Shown here piece by piece: positions 54,051 through 64,000 of a stretch of 64,000 bases of DNA. The translations under genes were made by a program, and so were the position numbers. Positions within the stretch are counted from its first letter, which is position 1, and every line of letters starts with the position of its first letter. The stretch lies in contig OZ024742.1 of NCBI GenBank assembly GCA_964016885.1, positions 63,116,001 to 63,180,000 on the forward strand, written 5' to 3'. A model generated the notes under the pieces. That model was not told where the DNA came from and made no database searches. It was given only the letters and a program-made list of their open reading frames with translations. Source of the stretch: Eledone cirrhosa (lineage: Eukaryota).

Positions 54051-57000
54051 GTCAGTCTGTCATCTCTTAACTTCTTACTACCTGTCTCTCTGTCAGTCTG
54101 TCTTCTCTTAACTTCGTACTACATGTCTCTCTGTCAGTCTGTCTTCTCTTAACTTCTTACTACATGTCTCACTGTCAGTCTGTCTTCTCTTAACTTCTTA
54201 CTACTTGTCTCTCTGTCAGTCTCTCTTCTCTTAACTTCTTACTACCTGTCTCTCAGTCAGTCTGTCATCTCTTAACTTTTTACTATTTGTCTCTCATTCA
54301 GTCTCTCTTCACTTAACATCTTACTACCGGTCTCTCTGTCAGTCTGTCATCTCTTAACTTCTTACTACATGTCTCTCTGTCAGTCTGTCATCTCTTAACT
54401 TCTTACTACCTGTCTCTCTGTCAGTCAGTCATCTCTTAACTTCTTACTACCTGTCTCTCTTTCAGTCTCTCTTCTCTTAACTTCTTACTACCTGCCTCTC
54501 TGTCAGTCTGTCATCTCTTAACTTCTTACTACCTGCCTCTCTGTCAGTCTGTCATCTCTTAACTTCTTACTACCTGTCTCTCTGTCAGTCTGTCATCTCT
54601 TAACTTCTTACTACCTGTCTCTCATTCAGTCTCTCTTCTCTTAACTTCTTACTACCTCTCTCTCTGTCAGTCTGTTATCTCTTAACTTCTTACTACCTGT
54701 CTCTCTGTCAGTCTGTTATCTCTTAACTTCTTACTACCTGCCTCTCTGTCAGTCTGACATCTCTTAACTTCTTACTACCTGCCTCTCTGTCAGTCTGTTA
54801 TCTCTTAACTTCTTACTACCTGTATCTCAGTCAGTCTGTCATCTCTTAACTTTTTACTATTTGTCTCTCTTTCAGTCTCTCTTCTCTTAACTTCTTACTA
54901 CCTGTCTCTCTGTCAGTCTTTCATCTCTTAACTTCTTACTACCTGTCTCTCTGTCAGTCTGTCTTCTCTTAACTTCTTACTACCTGTCTCACTGTCAGTC
55001 TTTCATCTCTTAACTTCTTACCACCTGTCTCTCTGTCAGTCTGTCTTCTGTTAACTTCTTACTACCTGTCACTCTGTCAGTCTGTCATCTCTTAACTACT
55101 TACTATCTGTCTCTCTGTCAGTCTGTGTTCTCTTAACTCCTTACTACCTGTCTCTCTGTCAGTCTGTCATCTCTTAACTTCTTACTACCTGTCTCTCTGT
55201 CAGTCTGTCTTCTCTTAACTTCGTACTACATGTCTCTCTGTCAGTCTGTCTTCTCTTAACTTCTTACTACCTGTCTCACTGTCAGTCTGTCATCTCTTAA
55301 CTTCTTACTACCTGTCTCTCTGTCAGTCTGTCATCTCTTAACTTCTAACTACCTGTCTCTCTGTCAGTCTGTCTTCTATTAACTTCTTACTACCTGTCTC
55401 TCTGTCAGTCTGTCATCTCTTAACATCTTACTACCTGTCTCTCTGTCAGTCTGTCTTCTGTTAACTTCTTACTACCTGTCACTCTGTCAGTCTGTCATCT
55501 CTTAACTACTTACTATCTGTCTCTCTGTCAGTCTGTGTTCTCTTAACTCCTTACTACCTGTCTCTCTGTCAGTCTGTCATCTCTTAACTTCTTACTACCT
55601 GTCTCTCTGTCAGTCTGTCTTCTCTTAACTTCGTACTACATGTCTCTCTGTCAGTCTGTCTTCTCTTAACTTCTTACTACATGTCTCACTGTCAGTCTGT
55701 CTTCTCTTAACTTCTTACTACTTGTCTCTCTGTCAGTCTCTCTTCTCTTAACTTCTTACTACCTGTCTCTCAGTCAGTCTGTCATCTCTTAACTTTTTAC
55801 TATTTGTCTCTCATTCAGTCTCTCTTCACTTAACATCTTACTACCGGTCTCTCTGTCAGTCTGTCATCTCTTAACTTCTTACTACATGTCTCTCTGTCAG
55901 TCTGTCATCTCTTAACTTCTTACTACCTGTCTCTCTGTCAGTCAGTCATCTCTTAACTTCTTACTACCTGTCTCTCTTTCAGTCTCTCTTCTCTTAACTT
56001 CTTACTACCTGCCTCTCTGTCAGTCTGTCATCTCTTAACTTCTTACTACCTGTCTCTCTGTCAGTCTGTCTTCTCTTAACTTCTTACTACCTGTCTCCCT
56101 GTCAGTCTGTCATCTCTTAACCTCTTACTGCCTGTTTCTCTGTCAGTCTGTCTTCTCTTAACTTCGTACTCCATGTCTCTCGGTCAGTCTGTCTTCTCTT
56201 AACTTCTTACTACATGTCTCACTGTCAGTCTGTCTTCTCTTAACTTCTTACTACCTGTCTCTCTGTCAGTCTGTCTTCTCTTAACTTCTTACTACCTGTC
56301 TCTCTGTCAGTCTGTCATCTCTTAACTACTTACTATCTGTCTCTCTGTCAGTCTGTGTTCTCTTAACTCCTTACTACCTGCCTCTCTGTCAGTCTGTCTT
56401 CTCTTAACTTCTTACTACCTCTCTCTCTGTCAGTCTCTCTTCTCTTAACTTCTTACTACCTGTCTCTCAGTCAGTCTGTCATCTCTTAACTTTTTACTAT
56501 TTGTCTCTCATTCAGTGTCTCTTCACTTAACATCTTACTACCGGTCTCTCTGTCAGTCTGTCATCTCTTAACTTCTTACTACATGTCTCTCTGTCACTCT
56601 GTCATCTCTTAACATCTTACTACCTGTCTCTCTGTCAGTCTGTCATCTCTTAACTTCTTACTACCTGTCTCTCTGTCAGTCTGTCATCTCTTAACTTCTT
56701 ACTACCTGTCTCTCTTTCAGTCTCTCTTCTCTTAACTTCTTACTACCTGCCTCTCTGTCAGTCTGTCATCTCTTAACTTCTTACTACCTGTCTCTCTGTC
56801 AGTCTGTCTTCTCTTAACATCTTACTACCTGTCTCTCTGTCAGTCTGTCTTCTCTTAACTTCTTACTACCTGCCTCTCTGTCAGTCTGACATCTCTTAAC
56901 TTCTTACTACCTGCCTCTCTGTCAGTCTGTTATCTCTTAACTTCTTACTACCTGTCTCTCTGTCAGTCTGTCTTCTCTTAACTTCTTACTACCTGTCTCT

Positions 57001-60000
57001 CTGTCAGTCTCTCTTCTCTTAACTTCTTACTACCTGTCTCTCTGTCAGTCTGTCATCTCTTAACTTTTTACTATCTGTCTCTCATTCAGTCTCTCTTCTC
57101 TTAACTTCTTACTACCTGTCTCTCTGTCTGTCATCTCTTAACTTCTTACTACCTGTCTCTCTGTCAGTCTGTCATCTCTTAACTTCTTACTACCTGTCTC
57201 TCTGTCTGTCTGTCATCTCTTAACTTCTTACTACCTGTCTCTCTGTCAGTCTGTCTTCTCTTAACTTCTTACAACCTGTCTCTCAGTCAGTCTGTCTTCT
57301 CTTAACTTCTTACTACCTCTCTCTCTGTCAGTCTGTTATCTCTTAACTTCTAACTACTTGTCTCTCTGTCAGTCTGTCTTCTCTTAACTTCTTACTACCT
57401 GTCTCTCTGTCAGTCTGTCATCTCTTAACTTCTTACTACCTGTCTCTCTGTCAGTCTGTCATCTCTTAACTTCTTACTACCTGTCTCTCTGTCAGTCTGT
57501 CTTCTCTTAACTTCTTACTACCTGTCTCTCTGTCAGTCTCTCTTCTCTTAACTTCTTACTACCTGTCTCTCTGTCAGTCTGTCATCTCTTAACTTTTTAC
57601 TATCTGTCTCTCATTCAGTCTCTCTTCTCTTAACTTCTTACTACCTGTCTCTCTGTCTGTCATCTCTTAACTTCTTACTACCTGTCTCTCTGTCTGTCTT
57701 CTCTTAACTTCTTACTACCTGTCTCTCAGTCAGTCTGTCTTCTCTTAACTTCTTACTACCTCTCTCTCTGTCAGTCTGTTATCTCTTAACTTCTAACTAC
57801 TTGTCTCTCTGTCAGTCTGTCTTCTCTTAACTTCTTACTACCTGTCTCTCTGTCAGTCTGTCATCTCTTAACTTCTTACTACCTGTCTCTCTGTCAGTCT
57901 GTCATCTCTTAACTTCTTACTACCTGTCTCTCTGTCAGTCTGTCATCTCTTAACTTCTTACTACCTGTCTCTCTGTCAGTCTGTCATCTCTTAACTTCTT
58001 ACTACCTGTCTCTCAGTCAGTCTGTCTTCTCTTAACTTCTTACTACCTCTCTCTCTGTCAGTCTGTTATCTCTTAACTTCTTACTACCTGCCTCTCTGTC
58101 AGTCTGACATCTCTTAACCTCTTACTACCTGCCTCTCTGTCAGTCTGTCATCTCTTAACTTCTTACTACCTGTCTCTCTGTCAGTCTGTCATCTCTTAAC
58201 TTCTTACTACCTGTCTCTCATTCAGTCTCTCTTCTCTTAACTTCTTACTACCTCTCTCTCTGTCAGTCTGTTATCTCTTAACTTCTTACTACCTGTCTCT
58301 CTGTCAGTCTGTTATCTCTTAACTTCTTACTACCTGCCTCTCTGTCAGTCTGACATCTCTTAACTTCTTACTACCTGCCTCTCTGTCAGTCTGTTATCTC
58401 TTAACTTCTTACTACCTGTATCTCAGTCAGTCTGTCATCTCTTAACTTTTTACTATTTGTCTCTCTTTCAGTCTCTCTTCTCTTAACTTCTTACTACCTG
58501 TCTCTCTGTCAGTCTTTCATCTCTTAACTTCTTACTACCTGTCTCTCTGTCAGTCTGTCTTCTCTTAACTTCTTACTACCTGTCTCACTGTCAGTCTTTC
58601 ATCTCTTAACTTCTTACCACCTGTCTCTCTGTCAGTCTGTCTTCTGTTAACTTCTTACTACCTGTCACTCTGTCAGTCTGTCATCTCTTAACTACTTACT
58701 ATCTGTCTCTCTGTCAGTCTGTGTTCTCTTAACTCCTTACTACCTGTCTCTCTGTCAGTCTGTCATCTCTTAACTTCTTACTACCTGTCTCTCTGTCAGT
58801 CTGTCTTCTCTTAACTTCGTACTACATGTCTCTCTGTCAGTCTGTCTTCTCTTAACTTCTTACTACCTGTCTCACTGTCAGTCTGTCATCTCTTAACTTC
58901 TTACTACCTGTCTCTCTGTCAGTCTGTCATCTCTTAACTTCTAACTACCTGTCTCTCTGTCAGTCTGTCTTCTATTAACTTCTTACTACCTGTCTCTCTG
59001 TCAGTCTGTCATCTCTTAACATCTTACTACCTGTCTCTCTGTCAGTCTGTCTTCTCTTAACTTCTTACTACCTGTCACTCTGTCAGTCTGTCATCTCTTA
59101 ACTACTTACTATCTGTCTCTCTGTCAGTCTGTGTTCTCTTAACTCCTTACTACCTGTCTCTCTGTCAGTCTGTCATCTCTTAACTTCTTACTACCTGTCT
59201 CTCTGTCAGTCTGTCTTCTCTTAACTTCGTACTACATGTCTCTCTGTCAGTCTGTCTTCTCTTAACTTCTTACTACATGTCTCACTGTCAGTCTGTCTTC
59301 TCTTAACTTCTTACTACTTGTCTCTCTGTCAGTCTCTCTTCTCTTAACTTCTTACTACCTGTCTCTCAGTCAGTCTGTCATCTCTTAACTTTTTACTATT
59401 TGTCTCTCATTCAGTCTCTCTTCACTTAACATCTTACTACCGGTCTCTCTGTCAGTCTGTCATCTCTTAACTTCTTACTACATGTCTCTCTGTCAGTCTG
59501 TCATCTCTTAACTTCTTACTACCTGTCTCTCTGTCAGTCAGTCATCTCTTAACTTCTTACTACCTGTCTCTCTTTCAGTCTCTCTTCTCTTAACTTCTTA
59601 CTACCTGCCTCTCTGTCAGTCTGTCATCTCTTAACTTCTTACTACCTGTCTCTCTGTCAGTCTGTCTTCTCTTAACTTCTTACTACCTGTCTCCCTGTCA
59701 GTCTGTCATCTCTTAACCTCTTACTGCCTGTTTCTCTGTCAGTCTGTCTTCTCTTAACTTCGTACTACATGTCTCTCGGTCAGTCTGTCTTCTCTTAACT
59801 TCTTACTACATGTCTCACTGTCAGTCTGTCTTCTCTTAACTTCTTACTACCTGTCTCTCTGTCAGTCTGTCTTCTCTTAACTTCTTACTACCTGTCTCTC
59901 TGTCAGTCTGTCATCTCTTAACTACTTACTATCTGTCTCTCTGTCAGTCTGTGTTCTCTTAACTCCTTACTACCTGCCTCTCTGTCAGTCTGTCTTCTCT

Positions 60001-60799
60001 TAACTTCTTACTACCTCTCTCTCTGTCAGTCTCTCTTCTCTTAACTTCTTACTACCTGTCTCTCAGTCAGTCTGTCATCTCTTAACTTTTTACTATTTGT
60101 CTCTCATTCAGTGTCTCTTCACTTAACATCTTACTACCGGTCTCTCTGTCAGTCTGTCATCTCTTAACTTCTTACTACATGTCTCTCTGTCAGTCTGTCA
60201 TCTCTTAACATCTTACTACCTGTCTCTCTGTCAGTCTGTCATCTCTTAACTTCTTACTACCTGTCTCTCTGTCAGTCTGTCATCTCTTAACTTCTTACTA
60301 CCTGTATCTCTTTCAGTCTCTCTTCTCTTAACTTCTTACTACCTGCCTCTCTGTCAGTCTGTCATCTCTTAACTTCTTACTACCTGTCTCTCTGTCAGTC
60401 TGTCTTCTCTTAACATCTTACTACCTGTCTCACTGTCAGTCTGTCATCTCTTAACCTCTTACTACCTGTCTCTCAGTCAGTCTGTCATCTCTTAACTTCT
60501 TACTACCTGTCTCTCTGTCAGTCTGTCTTCTATTAACTTCTTACTACCTGTCTCTCTTTCAGTCTCTCTTCTCTTAACTTCTTACTACCTGTCTCTCTGT
60601 CAGTCTTTCATCTCTTAACTTCTTACTACCTGTCTCTCTGTCAGTCTGTCTTCTCTTAACTTCTTACTACCTGTCTCTCTGTCAGTCTGTCATCTCTTAA
60701 CTTCTTACTACCTGTCTATCTTTCAGTCTCTCTTCTATTAACTTCTTACTACCTGTCTCTTTGTCAGTCTGTCATCTCTTAACATCTTACTACCTGTCT

Positions 60800-63700
60800 C
60801 TCTGTCAGTCTGTCATCTCTTAACTTCTTACTACCTGTCTCTCTGTCAGTCTGTCTTCTCTTAACTTCGTACTACACGTCTCTCTGTCAGTCTGTCTTCT
60901 CTTAACTTCTTACTCTATGTCTCACTGTCAGTCTGTCTTCTCTTAACTTCTTACTACCTGTCTCTCAGTCAGTCTGTCATCTCTTAACTTTTTACTATTT
61001 GTCTCTCATTCAGTCTCTCTTCACTTAACATCTTACTACCGGTCTCTCTGTCAGTCTGTCATCTCTTAACTTCTTACTACATGTCTCTCTGTCAGTCTGT
61101 CATCTCTTAACTTCTTACTACCTGTCTCTCTGTCAGTCTGTCATCTCTTAACTTCTTACTACCTGTCTCTCTTTCAGTCTGTCATCTCTTAACTTCTTAC
61201 TACCTGTCTCTCTGTCAGTCTGTCTTCTCTTAACTTCTTACTACCTGTCTCTCTGTCTGTCTGTCTTCTCTTAACTTCTTACTACCTGTCTCTCTGTCAG
61301 TCTGTCATCTCTTAACTTCTTACTACCTGTCTCTCAGTCAGTCTGTCTTCTCTTAACTTCTTACTACCTGTCTCTCAGTCAGTCTGTCTTCTCTTAACTT
61401 CTTACTACCTGTCTCTCTGTCAGTCTGTCATCTCTTAACTTCTTACTACATGTCTCTCTGCCAGTCTGTCTTCTCTTAACTTCCTACTACCTGTCTCTCT
61501 GTCAGTCTGTCATCTCTTAACTTCTTACTACCTGTCTCTCAGTCAGTCTGTCATCTCTTAACTTTTTACTACTTGTCTCTCCTTCAGTCTCTCTTCTCTT
61601 AACTTCTTACTACCTGTCTCTCTGTCAGTCTTTCATCTCTTAACTTCTTACTACATGTCTCTCTGTCAGTCTGTCATCTCTTAACTTCTTACTACCTGTC
61701 TCTCTGTCAGTCTGTCATCTCTTAACTTCTTACTACATGTCTCTCTGCCAGTCTGTCTTCTCTTAACTTCTTACTACCTGTCTCTCTGTCAGTCTGTCAT
61801 CTCTTAACTTCTTACTACCTGTCTCTCTGTCAGTCTGTCATCTCTTAACTTTTTACTATCTGTCTCTCATTCAGTCTCTCTTCTCTTAACTTCTTACTAC
61901 CTGTCTCTCTGTCAGACTGTCATCTCTTAAATTCTTACTACCTGTCTCTCTGTCAGTCTGTCATCTCTTAACTTCTAACTACCTGTCTCTCTGTCAGTTT
62001 GTCATCTCTTAACTTCTTACTACCTCTCTCTCAGTCAGTCTGTCTTCTCTTAACTTCTTACTACCTGTCTCTCTGTCAGTCTGTCTTCTCTTAACTTCTT
62101 ACTACCTGTCTCTCTGTCAGTCTGTCATCTCTTAACTTCTTACTACCTGTCTCTCAGTCAGTCTGTCTTCTCTTAACTTCTTACTACCTGTCTCTCAGTC
62201 AGTCTGTCTTCTCTTAACTTCTTACTACCTGTCTCTCTGTCAGTCTGTCATCTCTTAACTTCTTACTACATGTCTCTCTGTCAGTCTGTCTTCTCTTAAC
62301 TTCTTACTACCTGTCTCTCTGTCAGTCTGTCATCACTTAACTTCTTACTACCTGTCTCTCAGTCAGTCTGTCATCTCTTAACTTTTTACTATTTGTCTCT
62401 CTTTCAGTCTCTCTTCTCTTAACTTCTTACTAGCTGTCTCTCTGTCAGTCTGTCTTCTCTTAACTTCTTACTACCTGTCTCACTGTCAGTCTGTCATCTC
62501 TTAACTTCTTACTACCTGTCTCTCTGTCAGTCTGTCATCTCTTAAATTCTTACTACCTGTCTCTCTGTCAGTCTGTCTTCTCTTAACTTCGTACTACACG
62601 TCTCTCTGTCAGTCTGTCTTCTCTTAACTTCTTACTCTATGTCTCACTGTCAGTCTGTCTTCTCTTAACTTCTTACTACCTGTCTCTCTGTCAGTCTCTC
62701 TTCTCTTAACTTCTTACTACCTGTCTCTAAGTCAGTCTGTCATCTCTTAACTTTTTACTATTTGTCTCTCATTCAGTCTCTCTTCACTTAACATCTTACT
62801 ACCGGTCTCTCTGTCAGTCTGTCATCTCTTAACTTCTTACTACATGTCTCTCTGTCAGTCTGTCATCTCTTAACTTCTTACTACCTGTCTCTCTGTCAGT
62901 CTGTCATCTCTTAACTTCTTACTACCTGTCTCTCTTTCAGTCTGTCATCTCTTAACTTCTTACTACCTGTCTCTCTGTCAGTCTGTCTTCTCTTAACTTC
63001 TTACTACCTGTCTCTCTGTCTGTCTGTCTTCTCTTAACTTCTTACTACCTGTCTCTCTGTCAGTCTGTCATCTCTTAACTTCTTACTACCTGTCTCTCAG
63101 TCAGTCTGTCTTCTCTTAACTTCTTACTACCTGTCTCTCAGTCAGTCTGTCTTCTCTTAACTTCTTACTACCTGTCTCTCTGTCAGTCTGTCATCTCTTA
63201 ACTTCTTACTACATGTCTCTCTGCCAGTCTGTCTTCTCTTAACTTCTTACTACCTGTCTCTCTGTCAGTCTGTCATCTCTTAACTTCTTACTACCTGTCT
63301 CTCAGTCAGTCTGTCATCTCTTAACTTTTTACTACTTGTCTCTCTTTCAGTCTCTCTTCTCTTAACTTCTTACTACCTGTCTCTCTGTCAGTCTTTCATC
63401 TCTTAACTTCTTACTACCTGTCTCTCTGTCAGTCTGTCATCTCTTAACTTCTTACTACCTGTCTCTCTGTCAGTCTGTCATCTCTTAACTTCTTACTACA
63501 TGTCTCTCTGCCAGTCTGTCTTCTCTTAACTTCTTACTACCTGTCTCTCTGTCAGTCTGTCATCTCTTAACTTCTTACTACCTGTCTCTCTGTCAGTCTG
63601 TCATCTCTTAACTTTTTACTATCTGTCTCTCATTCAGTCTCTCTTCTCTTAACTTCTTACTACCTGTCTCTCTGTCAGACTGTCATCTCTTAAATTCTTA

Positions 63701-64000
63701 CTACCTGTCTCTCTGTCAGTCTGTCATCTCTTAACTTCTAACTACCTGTCTCTCTGTCAGTTTGTCATCTCTTAACTTCTTACTACCTCTCTCTCAGTCA
63801 GTCTGTCTTCTCTTAACTTCTTACTACCTGTCTCTCTGTCACTCTGTCTTCTCTTAACTTCTTACTACCTGTCTCTCTGTCAGTCTGTCATCTCTTAACT
63901 TCTTACTACCTGTCTCTCAGTCAGTCTGTCTTCTCTTAACTTCTTACTACCTGTCTCTCAGTCAGTCTGTCTTCTCTTAACTTCTTACTACCTTTCTCTC
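60800..64000. repeat. Tandem duplication of about 1.75 kb (42-43 monomers), homologous to a block at about 45.1-46.8 kb
   Basis: ACTACACG at 45163, 60871 and 62593. GTCAGACTGTCATCTCTTAAATT at 46203, 61911 and 63674. Offsets are 1722 and 1763. Confidence 0.85.

Larger units (their letters stand above)
1..64000. repeat. Tandem satellite array, 41-bp monomer TTAACTTCTTACTACCTGTCTCTCTGTCAGTCTGTC(A/T)TCTC, about 1,560 head-to-tail copies, extending beyond both window ends
   Basis: TTAAC recurs every 41 bp (e.g. 611 and 652). Every line of the window is built from this unit, usually with 0-3 substitutions per monomer. I saw no inversion and no non-repeat insert. Confidence 0.99.

Noticed and set aside
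1-64000. CRISPR array
   Set aside because: The units are contiguous with no unique spacers, and there is no leader or cas gene.
1-64000. Giant repetitive protein-coding gene on either strand
   Set aside because: The unit length of 41 is not a multiple of 3. The + strand meets TAA about every 123 bp in each frame, and the - strand has TGA, TAG and TAA stops in every monomer.
1-64000. Telomerase-synthesised telomeric repeat
   Set aside because: There is no G-rich telomeric motif, and variants are inherited in kb-scale blocks, which points to recombination or replication-based amplification rather than templated addition. A subtelomeric location is not excluded.
1-64000. Rolling-circle or sequencing concatemer artefact
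   Set aside because: Linked variants recur in nested blocks at exact monomer-multiple offsets, which random errors on a single template would not produce. Individual duplications could still be assembly errors.

Overview
The whole 64-kb window is one uninterrupted, single-orientation tandem array of a 41-bp monomer, consensus TTAACTTCTTACTACCTGTCTCTCTGTCAGTCTGTC(A/T)TCTC, about 1,560 copies. The array continues past both ends. The + strand is about 76% pyrimidine, GC is about 41%, and the consensus has no CpG. I found no genes, RNA genes, transposons or CRISPR spacers; the one listed ORF arises from a single TAA-to-TTA substitution in one monomer. The pattern looks like eukaryotic satellite DNA, but I cannot assign an organism or a named family. 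The informative structure lies in the monomer variants. (1) Kilobase-scale duplications have offsets that are exact multiples of 41 bp once small indels are counted (for example 1722, 2255, 2981, 3246, 3690 and 3780 bp). (2) Diagnostic variants split the array into a left and a right sub-family at about 27-36 kb. (3) Slippage indels of 4 and 8 bp and poly-T expansions have been copied along with the duplicated blocks. (4) Speculatively, each monomer reads like a branch point, polypyrimidine tract and CAG 3' splice site. All coordinates and offsets were counted by eye; block boundaries are approximate.
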